Assembly: GCA_951406725.2 (NCBI GenBank)
Contig: OX597826.1
Location: 47,244,001 to 47,308,000, forward strand
DNA length: 64,000 nucleotides
Direction of reading: 5' to 3'
DNA from: Octopus vulgaris
Lineage: Eukaryota
Of this stretch, positions 1-13,448 are shown in pieces. How positions within the stretch are numbered: the stretch's first letter is position 1; each line of letters starts with the position of its first letter. The translations under genes and the position numbers were made by a program. The notes beneath the pieces were generated by a model. It saw only the letters and a list, made by a program, of their open reading frames with translations, was not told the origin of the DNA and did not search any database.

Positions 1-469
1 GTATGTGAGCGTGTGTTGGGTGGATGTGCATGTGTGTAAGTCACCGTGTATACATGAGAACAAATGTAATTACATAAATAACTAGAATATATACACACTA
101 TACATAGCAATACACATGCTGCATGTGTAATTTTAATTAAACGTATATAAATGATTAGCAACTTTAATTCTGCCATAATTTTTCATTTATGTTTTTCGTA
201 TATACCATTACCACCACTTGACGCACTTACTACATGCATATAATTATATATAGCTACTCTTATACATTCTTACACACACGCACACACACACATATATTTA
301 TACACACGCATATATATATATATAACGAGAGAGAGAGAGAGAACGACAGGGGAGAGAGAGAGGGAGAGAGAGTGATGCATATATACAAATATATTTCCAT
401 ACACACATATTTACGTACACATACATATACTCATATATTTATATATACATGTGTGTGTGTGTGCGTGTT

Positions 470-513
<44 letters not shown>

Positions 514-589
514 CGTGTGTGTGTATGTTCGCGTGTGTATGTATGTACAAAACCATTTATATTCAATGATCTGTTTCTAACAATACCAT

Positions 590-979
590 TCTTTTACTTC
601 TTTTAATTGATTCAAACATTAGACTGCGGTCATACTGGAGCACCGCCTTGAACTTTAGTCGAACAAATCGACTCCATTGTTAAAAAGTAACTAATACTTA
701 TTCTATCGGTTTCTTTTGCTGAAAGGCTACATTACGAGGGAAGCAAACCCACTAGCACCAGTTGTCCGGCGGTAAAAGAGGACACACACACACACACGTT
801 CATACATGATATATGCGACGGGGCATCTTTCAGTTTCCGTCTACCAAATCCATTCACAAATCTTTGGTTGGACCAAAGCTTCAGCAGAAGACATTTGCCC
901 AAGGTGCAACAGGATGGGACTGAACTGGGTACAGTGTGTTTACGAAACAAACTTCTTAACACTGCGCCACACCTGCGCC
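590..979 (-). mobile_element. SINE group A copy (tRNA-derived head, CORE-like segment, internal microsatellite)
   Basis: Reverse complement aligns along its length to 1060-1471 (ggagcaccgcc, tagtcgaacaaatcgac, cagtttccgtctaccaaatcca, ttgcccaaggtg, tgggactgaac). Confidence 0.85.
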
Positions 980-1059
980 AATCTGTTCTATTTTTTCTTT
1001 CATATTTGAACTCTTAGTAACTCTAGACAGAAATGTTACCCTACAGGAGTAACCCTATA

Positions 1060-1471
1060 GGCGCAGGAGTGGCTGTGTGGTAAGTAGCTTGTTTACCAAC
1101 CACATGGTTCCGGGTTCAGTCCCACTGCGTGACACCTTGGGCAAGTGTCTTCTACTATAGCCTCGGGCCGACCAATGCCTTGTGAGTGGATTTGGTAGAC
1201 GGAAACTGAAAGAAGCCCGTCGTATATATGTATAGATATATGTGCGTGTGTTTGTGTGTCTGTATTTGTCCCCCTAGCATTGCTTGACAACCGATGCTGG
1301 TGTGCTTATGTCCCCGTTACTTAGCGGTTCGGCAAAAGAGACCGATAGAATAAGTACTGGGCTTACAAAGGAATAAGTCCTGGGGTCGAGTTCCTCGATT
1401 AAAGGCGGTGCTCCAGCATGGCCGCAGTCAAATGACTGAAACAAGTATAAGAGTAAAAGAGTAAAAGAGTA
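1060..1471 (+). mobile_element. SINE group A, full-length reference copy
   Basis: Pol III A-box-like TGGCTGTGTGG and B-box-like GGTTCAGTCC, then ccttgggcaagtg, an internal TA/TG tract and a (gagtaaaa)-type tail; more than 10 homologous copies in the window. Confidence 0.9.
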
Positions 1472-1863
1472 TACAGTGTGCAAATGCCTCTCTTGTCTTT
1501 CTGTAAAATATCCTCGCATCATGAAGAATTTGATATAGAAGCATAGAATTACAAAACTCTTCGACCATTTTTGGATACGAAAAAATGCAGAAAACGTAAT
1601 TACAATTACACTCAGATTGCAAGAGCTCTGACTCCATATTGGTCTGCCGTAAATGTCCTCGTTTGTTTTCGGCACATTTCGACAAAGTACTAACATCTGC
1701 TGACGAAAAAGACATACTGCTTTTGTTATGTCTCGTAGAAGAACAATATTCAATATGTTCTGTTTACAAAGCTATGTTTATTGCTCTGTTGTTAATGGCA
1801 TTGTCGCTGTTCTGATAATTGAATTTGGAATTGTTGCTATTTTATGATCTAGTATTTTCCTCA

Positions 1864-1887
1864 TTGTTGTTGTCGTCGTCGTTGTCG

Positions 1888-1940
<53 letters not shown>
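1864..1940. repeat. (GTT)n microsatellite
   Basis: Direct reading. Confidence 0.95.
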
Positions 1941-2086
1941 ATTCGTGTTGTTTTGATTCTGGTAACACAGATCTGTGGATTATCCGTGGCCATCTATTCC
2001 ACTGCTTCAAAATTATTTTCTTTTACGCCTAACTACAGTTTTTAAAAGAAAAAACAAAAAACCATGATGAAGGAAAAAATTAGTAC

Positions 2087-2134
2087 CTATCTATCTATCT
2101 ATTTATATATCTATCTATCTATCAATCTATCTAT

Positions 2135-2225
<91 letters not shown>

Positions 2226-2226
2226 A
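2087..2226. repeat. (ATCT)n microsatellite
   Basis: Direct reading; similar tracts at about 23940, 27800, 43520, 43780, 51620, 52225, 53290, 57520 and 60730. Confidence 0.95.
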
Positions 2227-2411
2227 GTGCATTCTTTGCACTAATTATGAAATTATATCATCTCGGCTGAATCTGTTTTAAAAGGCTTGCTTCGGGAGTT
2301 GCATACCCTCGCGTTCGATACAATGTGTTTATTATGGTAGTTTTGACTTTAAGAGTCCCTCCTCGCGTGAGGCATTTATGTATATTAAGGCCCTTGATAT
2401 AAATAGATATC

Positions 2412-2459
<48 letters not shown>

Positions 2460-2481
2460 TAGATACATTGATGGATGGATT

Positions 2482-2845
2482 TTATTCTTTTATTCTTTTA
2501 TTTGTTTCAGTCATTTGACTGCAGCCATGCTGGTGCACCGCCTTTAGTCGAACAAATCTACCCAGGACTTATTCTTTCTAAGCAGAGTATTTATTCTATC
2601 GTTTAGTTTTGCCGAATCGCTAAGATACGGGCACATAAACACACCGGTTGTCAAGCGATGCTAGGGGGACAAACACAGAGACATATATATATATATGCGA
2701 CAGGCTTCTTTCAGGTTTCCGCCTGCCAAATCCACTTACAAGGCTTTGGTCAGCCCTTGGGCTAGTAGTAGACACTTGGCAAAGGTTCCACACAGTGGGA
2801 CTGAGCCAGCAACTGTGTGTTGGGGGAGCAAGCTCCTTATGACAC
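2482..2845 (-). mobile_element. SINE group A copy
   Basis: tttcagtcatttgactgcagccatgctgg ... aaatccacttacaaggctttggtc ... gtgggactgagcc, homologous to 1060-1471. Confidence 0.85.
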
Positions 2846-3769
2846 ACCCACAGAAAAATACATGCAAATACAAACATATATAATATGCATTCTGTATATT
2901 TTACGTAACAGAGATATACTACAGAAAGTCACAAAGCTGCGTTATTCATTTCGAGAAAGCATCTTGTATAGTGCTAAATCGTACATGAGTGTATTAGAAG
3001 CAGTCTAAAAGCAAACAATTGTGGCGATGAAATTGCTGCATCTTGGTTTCCTCTGGTTTGTGCGTCATCGTAGATAGTAAATGCATTTTCCCTCTCACTA
3101 TATACGTACATGCAATGTGCCCGTGTATTCGACAGAAACTTGAGCAAGGATATGAAGAAATAGGAAAGCGGGTGTAAAGTTAACTGAATATTTCTCTAGA
3201 AAAGAAATAATTTTTATACAGATTGTTGTTATTACTTTCCATTCAAACTCGCAATTAATTCTCGTAATTTGACCTGTAGTCCTGCAGTGAATATTAAATT
3301 TATAAATATGTACAACTGTATAAATACTAATTGGCCAATATTCAATGAAAAGGAAAGTATATATGCAATTTATGAAATATCATTATCAAAATAATTATTC
3401 CCCTGTTATCTTAGGCATGCGTTAAATATCTCAGCTTGGGAAAATTGAAATTCACGCGAAATTACGCCTACATCCATATATTAAATCTTAACTTACATTA
3501 ACTATTTTAATAATTGGCCAACATATAATATAATCTATTGTGACTACATAGAATTAAAATTTCTAGCAAAATAATTGTCGAAGATTTAAACTTCATTCGT
3601 TCGTTATTTTATAATACTTGTGTCACACCAAAACTCCACCCTGTTAATAAGATTTTTGGTAAATAACCGGAAGAATTACTCAACAATAATATCGAAATTA
3701 CTCAACAACAATATCTAGCCTGTATAACTGATGTCTAAGATGGGGAATTTCTATAAAATGATGATATAT

Positions 3770-4008
3770 GCGCCCTTTTAAAGCCTAGCTAGGCTCATGG
3801 GCCCGGTTTCCCGGTTTCAAGGGCGTATGTGTTCCCCAGCTGGACGGACGCAAGTCCATCGCAACGTGACTCATTTTTGCCAGCTGAGTGGACTAGAGCA
3901 ACGTGAAATGAAGTGTTTTGCTCAAGAACACAACGCGTCGCCCGGTCCAGGAATCGAATCCACAATCTTACGATCATGATGCTGACACCCTAACCACTAA
4001 GCCACGCG
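3770..4008 (-). mobile_element. SINE group D copy (tRNA head, gtccactcagctg central block)
   Basis: Minus strand has the A box TGGCTTAGTGG and B box GATTCGATTCC. Head is shared with 19055-19390 and tail with 21340-21434. Confidence 0.8.
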
Positions 4009-4203
4009 ATCCACGATTCTATCTATGTAGAGTGAAAATTAAAATAAACACCCGTATGAATATTTAGTTCCAACGTACGTCTCAACATTCTTAGATTAAA
4101 TTCATTATAGCCCTGACCATTTCAGCTTTTCTCTTTGGTTTTTCAAGCATAGTGTACCTTCTTTACATTAAAGGAATTTGAGGAAAATATGACCATTATT
4201 GTA

Positions 4204-4378
4204 TGGCGGCGAACTACCAGAAACGTTAGCACGCCAGGCGAAATGCTTAGCGGATTTCATCCGTCCATACATTCTGAGCTCAAATTCTACCAAGGTCGAC
4301 TTTGCCTTCCATCATTTTGGGGTCGATAAAATTAGTACCAGTTGAGTACTAGGGTTGATCTAATTGACTTGACTACTC
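4204..4378 (+). mobile_element. SINE group B copy
   Basis: ggcggcgaactaccagaaacgttagcacgccaggcgaaatgcttagcgg ... gtcgactttgccttccatcattttggggtcgataaaattagtaccag, homologous to 54566-54790. Confidence 0.85.
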
Positions 4379-4464
4379 CTGAGGATGTGTATAAAGAACT
4401 GCATCCCTCTGCCAAGCTATGTCGAACCAGTGTGGCAGAGTAGGCTCATCAAACCGGTACGGTC
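4371..4464 (+). ncRNA. Decayed hammerhead-like motif with long branched stem II
   Basis: CTGAGGA at 4379-4385, an internal hairpin ctctgcca/tggcagag, then CAAA (for GAAA), palindromic ACCGGT and a GTA site; stem I pairs poorly. Confidence 0.3.
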
Positions 4465-4506
4465 TCAATCCATTCTATGCTGGAGAGAAGATGCTTAGGC
4501 CTTCGC

Positions 4507-4586
4507 CCTGCAGTGGAGTGAACCATTTCAATCCTGCAGTGGAGTGATCCATTCCAATCCTGCAGTGGAGTGATCCATTCCAATCC
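4507..4586. repeat. 26-bp tandem repeat, 3 copies
   Basis: cctgcagtggagtga(a/t)ccatt(t/c)caat repeated head to tail without spacers. Confidence 0.95.
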
Positions 4587-4960
4587 GATTCAATGACTAC
4601 CATTAAAGCAGTCCTTGCCTCCTTGTAGGCTCTTGAGGATGATAAAGCTAATGACAATAAAGTATGTACGAGATACACATCCTGATCTATTTGAAAAAAA
4701 AAATGTAATTTGTGTCAGACTGTAACCCAACATACATGCTTTAACCACAAGCTTTACTCTTAACGAGCAGAGCCTTAAGATCTAAGGCAGGCTAGCTATG
4801 ACCATTCTAGCTTTCTACGGATATCTAAGATTATTTTATTCAATAGCTTTTCGCTCTTAAAGGCGATGGGTTGGTAGAGAGATTTAAAGTATATCAAGCT
4901 TCTATTTCCTGCAGATTGTGCTACAATGTCGAGATTTCTCTGAAGGAAGCAGGTTTGTAC

Positions 4961-5132
<172 letters not shown>

Positions 5133-5388
5133 ACAGCAGCAGCAGCTGCCGTTGAGTAGCCCGTTGTGAACCCTTGAGCAGAACCTTTAAAGCGGTACGA
5201 TAAGTCAGATTAACGTTCAGGCGCGCCCAGAAATCTTGTTATATACCAAGCCTCAGGCCATCTAACAATCACAAGTGCACAGTCAGACAAGAAGTGGATA
5301 ATCATTCATAGCGATTACCGTGTAACAGTCTGGACAAGCAAGTACTATAGCCATATATATATACATACATACATACATACATATATAC

Positions 5389-5420
<32 letters not shown>

Positions 5421-7700
5421 GCACGCGTGTGTATATCTATGCATATGCATGTATATGTATATACATTATAGTGTAAGGTAATGTGTAGGATCGTTGAGGT
5501 GTTGCATTTAACGCAACACAATAAACGTTGATTCAAAGGCGAATATGTTGACTTAAAGTGACCTTTTTGCTAACACTGAGCAGCCTTATAATCGCAGTGT
5601 TATCATAAAATAGTTAGTAGGCTCTGATGAACCGAATTTACCAGGCATTTACAATTTCCGATTGCTATTATTTCACTTCAGTAACGCTCATCTTTCTTGT
5701 AATAACTCTCTTCCTGCTCTCTTCGTTTACAATGTAACACTAATCAGCTTTCAATTGATTTATAGTTAATTGTGTATTTATTCTCATTGTGTTTATTAGC
5801 GTTGATGAAGTCAAATAGAGTTATTTGTGTGTTTGTTTATCCCTTACGCCGTTGGTGATAGATAAAGGTAAACGCTTGCCACTTTAACATCCGTCATAAT
5901 TAAATTGGATTAGACTTTCGCTGGTTGTTGAATGAACTGTGTTTCTTTCTTCTTTCTATAACAAAAATGTATAGTAGATAGGAGCGGAGAGGTGTGGTGG
6001 AATGAGAGAAGGAAGAACTAAGAATTAAAGCAACTCGCATTTTATTCCATTTAGCTGCCTGTGAAATTGCTTTGTTTAAAAGATAAAAGCAAACGAAATT
6101 ATATTTCTTTAAGTATTTTTATATTCATTGTTGCTTTATTCAAAAATATCTTCGTTCGAATGCTTTTATAAAATTGCATTGTTTGTTATTTTATGAAGAA
6201 CACGTTTTATATAGCAATTATATTTATTATCTAATCTAGAGTCAATCAATAATGTCAATTTTCTACATAATTGGTTATTGGTTTTATCGATTATTCTACT
6301 TTACAACGACGTTATTGTTACCGTTGGAGAGAAAGAGTAAAGAGATAATGATTAGCTTACAAAATGGCTTCATTGTTCGGTGTCAAATAATAGGTCTTAG
6401 GTGAAAAAAAGAACATCCTTGTGAAATTAGAAGATATCAAGTATTTATTTATTGAAGAACATAATAAAGAAAGCTTCAACTAATGATAATTGTTGTCACC
6501 TTTTAGCATTTAATATCTCTTTTTTTAAATTTTTTGAAAAACTTCTTTTTGTTTGTTTTTATTTCCTTTTTATATATTCTCATTGTTCTGCTCTTCTATA
6601 ATATTTATTTGCCTATTTTTTCGAATAATTTCTCTGGATTAAACTGGATGATTTATTATTTCAAATTACAGTGGTTTTTCGCATGAATATTTATACGATT
6701 ATAGAAGAAAAGAAAGAGATTCTATGGCGTTCATACTTTTTTTCTCAAATGTATTAACGACCGAGACAATTGTCCCCAAGAGATAACCTCTACACGATCG
6801 CTGATAATTGCATCCATGTACCCTCAAATCTCACCCAACATTAAAAAAAAAACGGAAGAAAATATTGAAGAGGGTAGTACAAGATAGGCAAAGCAAACAG
6901 AGATGATGGTTACAATTGGAACATATTTGACCAAAGGTGTGCTGCATAAGGGATGACCGGGAGCTAAATAACAGCAATATTTGAAAAGACCTCGAGCCCC
7001 TAAGCAATCACTAGACAAGTTATAAATATCAATGAAATCTATCTGAAATCAAATTCTTCTAAATATGAAAATGAAGTCTATGTTGAATAAAGTAGTTCTG
7101 AATACACTAAATCTGAAAGAACAAATACAAAGCAAAATCAAAAACCACATTGTCACAACAGAAAGGTCATTAGCTATATATTTGCTTAACCATCGTTAAT
7201 GTGAGGTTAAAAAACAACAATAACTTCAGCTCCATTATAGCAAATTAGTTGCTTTTTATCAATATGATAGTGAAAAAGCGTTGTCTCTTAAAGTGAACTA
7301 ATTATCTGTGTTTCATTATAGACAATTTAAATGAAAAGTAGCTTGATCTTCCTATACGAGCAATTATCAAACCTGAGACTTTAGCGATTGAAAATAGGAG
7401 TGATCAGCAAGACTTTTGATCGCGATACATACATACATACATACATACATACATACATGCATACATAACATATACATACATCCGTACGTCCATTCATCCA
7501 TCCATCCATCCATCCATCCATCCATCCATCCATACATACATACATACATACATACATACATACGTATATACATATGTACACACTCACACGCGCGCGCTCG
7601 CACACATACACACACACATACACAAATATGTATGCATTTATGCATATACGCATAGGTATATGCATATATGTATCTATTGTGTATGTAGATGCGTAATAAA

Positions 7701-7741
<41 letters not shown>

Positions 7742-7913
7742 GTGCATAGGTATATGTATATATATGTATGTATTGTGTATGTAGATGCGTAGATATTTAC
7801 ATAGTGTATAAATACTATATATATATATATGTATATATCTATCTTGCTATCTATCAATCTTCTTTTCTTTCTTTTTTTCTTTCTTTCTTTCTCTCTGTCT
7901 ATCTATAATAATA

Positions 7914-8144
7914 ATAATTCTAAGATGGAATTTATAGATATTTAATACATCGCTACGCGCGTTTCCACAAATCATATGATTTTGACATTACAGTTGGTAT
8001 CCTTGGGATTAGTACAGAATAATCCGTATTATCCGTAGGCTGTACTAATCTCAAGGATACCGACTCTGATGTCGAAATCATGTGATTTGTGGAAACGCGC
8101 GTAGCGATGTATTTAAATATTTATAAATTCCATCCTAGAATTAT
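7914..8144. repeat. Fold-back inverted repeat, ~104-bp arms, carrying the 3' half of a hammerhead motif
   Basis: Arms 7914-8017 and 8040-8144 are reverse complements with about 8 substitutions and one indel. GAAAC-GCGC-GTA-gcgat lies at 8092-8108. Homologous to 15200-15290. Confidence 0.9.
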
Positions 8145-8304
8145 AGCTATTATTATATTATCCTATATTATATCGGTATAACCATGATGCAACCCTGAGA
8201 AACTGACTTACTAGTCAGAATCATTAGACGGTTTCCGGCATAATGGTATAGGACCTTATTTACATACCATTAACGTTACCATAAACGAATTTTAAAAAAT
8301 ATCT

Positions 8305-8477
8305 CTATACCTACCTACATACTACCTACCTACCTATCTACCTACCTACCTACCTACCTACCTACCTACCTACCTACCTACCTACCTACCTACCTACCTA
8401 CCTACCTACCTACCTATCTAGCTACCTACCTACCTACCTACCTACCTACCTACCTACCTACCTACCTACCTATCTAC

Positions 8478-8510
<33 letters not shown>
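8305..8510. repeat. (CCTA)n/(TCTA)n microsatellite
   Basis: Direct reading. Confidence 0.95.
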
Positions 8511-8566
<56 letters not shown>

Positions 8567-8567
8567 A

Positions 8568-8776
8568 CGGGAAGGTTTACGAAAATAAACAAAAGACGAA
8601 GGCAGGTGGAGTACAAACAAACAATGTATTAGTAAGGCGCTCAGGAATAGAAGTAAAACAAGTCTTTTACGTTTCGAGCCTACGCTCTTCGACAGAAAGA
8701 TACACAGAAAAGAAACAAGGAGAGAAAGAAGGAAAGAAATAAATTGCGTGTAGGGGCTAACGATCCAACATAGCGC
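8568..8776 (-). mobile_element. Short HHR-bearing element (Penelope-like LTR or non-autonomous derivative) abutting (TA)n
   Basis: A second partial copy at 51722-51822 shares the same boundary (caacat(a/g)gcg). Contains the HHR at 8663-8700. Confidence 0.65.
8663..8700 (-). ncRNA. Minimal type-I hammerhead variant
   Basis: Minus strand reads tcttt CTGTCGA a gagc-gtag-gctc GAAA CG TA aaaga: 5-bp stem I, 4-bp stem II, palindromic ACGT stem III; core position 6 is U instead of A. Confidence 0.7.
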
Positions 8777-8784
8777 ACATCTTT

Positions 8785-8988
8785 CTCTCACTCTTTTTTT
8801 CCTGTTTATGTTGCATTTCAAAGGACCAGCCTTTTCATACACTGCGTCATGCTGAATCTCCCTGAGAACTACGTTAAGGGTACACGTGTCTGTGGAGTGC
8901 TCAGCCAATTACACATTAATTTCACGAGCAGGCTGTTCCGTTGATCGGATCAGCTGGAACCATCGTGGCAGTAACCGACGGAGTGCCA
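8785..8988 (+). mobile_element. SINE 3' module (same tail as 20282-20604)
   Basis: gagaactacgttaagggtacacgtgtctgtggagtgctcagcca ... gtaaccgacggagtgc is nearly identical to 20474-20597. Confidence 0.85.
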
Positions 8989-9869
8989 CGATATATATAT
9001 ATATACACACAAACATACACAAGTGTAAATATAGGTTTGAATGTACAACCAACTAGGAAAAGTTACTCAGTTACCGAAAAGAAAAGTAACAAAAACAATT
9101 TCAATTTATGACAGTGCTGGGATTATAGTCTGTTGCTAAAGCGAAAAACAGGAAATGAACATTTACTTCTATTATATATAAAACAACAGGCAATCAATTT
9201 AGTGTGTATTTTGTGGTTTGTCAGGGTGGGGAGTTCATACTTCTTGCTCGAAGTACATCCTCAGCAGCAACATGTACGAACGTATGAACCAAGGTATACG
9301 TATTTATTCATGTATGGATGTATCCAACCACTCACATGCATATGCATACAAACATACATCCAGATGCATACATACACACTTATACGTATATAAATTCGCA
9401 GATGCACACATTCATACTTACATAAATGCATAAATAAATACATAAATATGTATACATACAAATATGCATACATACATACATCCATACATACATACAAATA
9501 TACACACAGCATATATACATACATGCATATATATATACGGTACACTGATTCAATCGGATTAAATCTAAAAAAATCTGAACTTTTTCATCCTTTCCTTAGA
9601 GACCGTGACATATAATCCAAATGATTATCTCTTTTGTTGTTTTACGTAAGCTATACGTTCTCCTGTTGATATGTAAGCTATATAGTACCTATATAAACAG
9701 GTCTAATTTAGTTGATTCCTTGTGTATGCAAATATGTATATGTATATATGTATATACATGCATACATACACACACGCACACATACATATACTTATATATA
9801 TATATTGACGTATATATGTATATATTTATATTATTTATTATCTATGTATTTTATTGAATTAAGCAAGCA

Positions 9870-9902
<33 letters not shown>

Positions 9903-9905
9903 ATG

Positions 9906-10016
<111 letters not shown>

Positions 10017-10619
10017 ATATTTATAAAAGTGTTAAAAATTTAGCAAATGTGTGTGCATGTGTGTATGTGTGTGTGTGCAGAGAGGGGAGAGACAGAGAGA
10101 GATATAGAGAAAGAAAGGGATAGATTCAACACAGTGCATTTTAAGTGGTTAAATAACCCTACAGATATATAACAGCAATGAAATTACGTTGTTTTGATTC
10201 TGTCTTGATAAGCTGATTGCTTCAATTTGCTTAGAATTAAATTGTTTTAAACGATTCTTCTATTGTTAATGGGGATAACAGCTAGGATAACGTTTGATGT
10301 CGGCAACGACGTCGGTGGTTGCAGGCGCTGGCGAAGGAGACGTTGTCGGCTGCTGTAGCTGTGATATTATGTAGAAAACAAAACCAATTTCATATCACAA
10401 TGTCGGCCATTTTTACGCTATGTAATTTTCACGGAGCTCAAGAAATTCCCTATTTTGCTTATATTTACCTCGTCTCTCATTCTATTCTTCTCTTCCACTC
10501 ACCTCCACTACACATTTCAATCTCCGACTTCGCCCCACCGTTTACCTTCTCTTACACCGCCCCGACTATTTCCCTTTTAAGATACGTTATCTCGATAAAA
10601 ATAAATCAATTTCTAATAG

Positions 10620-10784
10620 CATAAATAGCAATAACAATAATACTGTCAGAACAACAGCAACAACAACAATACCAACGACAACAATATGAACAATAACGCC
10701 CAAGATAAATATATAACAATAGTAAACTAATAACAATACTAATAATATTAACGATAGAATAACAACAAAAGGAACAACAAAAGC

Positions 10785-10876
<92 letters not shown>

Positions 10877-11084
10877 CGACAACAACAATAGTAACTGTAA
10901 CAAAAATAATATAACATAATAATGAGAAGAATAACAGTAAGAAAAAAAATAACAATGATCCAAATAATAAGGATAACATCGAACATAATAATAACGACGA
11001 CATTGACGATGATTATTATGATGATGATTATGATGAGGATGAAAATAAAATAATAATAATACTAATAATAACAAAAACAACAAC

Positions 11085-11122
<38 letters not shown>

Positions 11123-11126
11123 TAAC

Positions 11127-11188
<62 letters not shown>

Positions 11189-11270
11189 TAACAATAACAA
11201 TAATAATAATAATAACAACAACATCAATATCAAGAATAAAAGCGATAATAATAATAATTGCTACAATAGT
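10620..11270. repeat. (AAT)n/(AAC)n/(GAT)n compound low-complexity tract
   Basis: Direct reading. Confidence 0.9.
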
Positions 11271-11696
11271 ATGAAGAAAGCAAAAATGAACAATAAAGAT
11301 AACAATGGCGGCAAAACAAACAGAAAGCAGAACTAAAACAAAGAGAAAAAAGATAACATGAAATAAAAACAAAAAAAAAAAGAATGCAGAAGCAGCGAAA
11401 AGAAAAACAGGAAAAATACAACACAGAAAAAGAGAAAGTGAGTAAAATACAAAGCTATAAAACAATAAGCAATTCTCTTTAAAAATCTGTTGAAACTGTT
11501 GAGAGAGAAAGGGGAGCAATAAGAATGGAGAGACAAAGAGGGCGGGAGGGATTGAAGGAGAGGAGAAGAAAAATAACATGATAAAACACTGAGAATATTA
11601 TGACTTTACGCCATATTGACAAGCGATTAATTTCTAATAGACACAGATTTTTCTAAAAAGAAACAAATATACTCAAAAAATCGTATATATATGTAT

Positions 11697-11777
<81 letters not shown>

Positions 11778-12096
11778 TATAGTTTTGTGTCTATATGTAT
11801 ATATATAGGGGGATACATATACATACATATATATGCATATATACACACATACATACATATATATGCATACATATACTTTTATATATATATATTTATAAAT
11901 ATATGCATACATAAACTTATATGTACATATAGATGTACAAAAATGTGCATACGCTTGTGAATGTATATATATGTATATATATATATGTGTGTGTGTGTAT
12001 ATACACACGCATACATATATATGCACATATGTACGTAAAGAGATCCAATTATATATGTATGCATATATTTGAATATGAATATACACACACATATAA

Positions 12097-12139
<43 letters not shown>

Positions 12140-12727
12140 CAAAGGTTTATACACATATACATATATATATACATGCATACACGTACATGAGATCATCCAA
12201 GCATATATAAATTCGCACACGCATCTACCTGACGCAAAAAATACTACAAATACATAACACAGACATATATACGTACACAAAAAGAAACCAATTTACATTG
12301 TTAAACAGGCGTTTTCTTTGTCAATGTTATTTATTTGTTGAATTATTTTCCCTTCGTTTTTAGGTATATGTATGCATATATATATATATATAACAATTCT
12401 CTCACTTGTGTTTATGTATGTGTGCATATATGTGTGCACACACAGTCACACATACACATATATGTATAAACTAAGAGGTGCTTATGTATGTACATATATA
12501 TAGGCAAGTATGTAAAAGAATATATATCTATACCTATAAACATGTATATTTTTATAATCACACATATATACACACAAGCATGCACACACATACTTATAAA
12601 TATTTTATTTCATGCATACATATATACATATATATATATATGTATATATGTACCTTTTAGATTGCATATGTATGTACTATATATATATATATACAAACAT
12701 GCATCCATACATATATGCTTAATATTC

Positions 12728-12777
<50 letters not shown>

Positions 12778-13348
12778 GCTTGCACATACATTTATGTACG
12801 AGAATGCAAGGTGAATTGCAATTTCAACTAATTTTTCCCGCTCCATTATCGATTTAGCCTTTGATACCACCAACACTTCTATTATATTGTTGCTTGATAG
12901 TGTTATTATATCAATCATTGTATTTTTTTGTGGGTGGTGTATGTCTGCCGTTGAAACGGTTGTTTAGATAAATTTCTCTTTGTCTCTTCTTTGTTTATTG
13001 TTTGCTCTTATACTCTTTTTCTCTGTTTTTGCTGTTTCTTTTTCTTGCTTCGATTATTGTTATTATTTCCTTCTTTATTTTCTTTTTTCGCCAATTTATA
13101 TTATTCCGCGCCATTTCGCCGATTATTATGTCTGCTATTGTTTCTTGCTTTTAACTACTTTTTTAAACACTTCGTAAATACACACGCATACTTACGCATA
13201 CGTATATACTTAGGGATGTATGTATGTATTTATTTATGTATGTATGTATATGCGTATATATATATATATATATATATACATATATATACATATATGTGTG
13301 TGTGAGTGTGTTTGTGTATGTCTATATGTATATACATGTCTGTGTGTG

Positions 13349-13380
<32 letters not shown>

Positions 13381-13400
13381 TATATATAGATATATGTCTG

Positions 13401-13448
<48 letters not shown>

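Noticed and set aside
4507-4586. 26-bp repeats as a CRISPR array
   Set aside because: No spacers; simple tandem triplication in eukaryotic DNA.
5620-5650. CTGATGA-accgaa as a hammerhead
   Set aside because: No stem II, GAAA or stem I complement.
6880-7170. Very decayed RTE-like ORF end
   Set aside because: Only a vague resemblance across many stops and frameshifts, insufficient without alignment.
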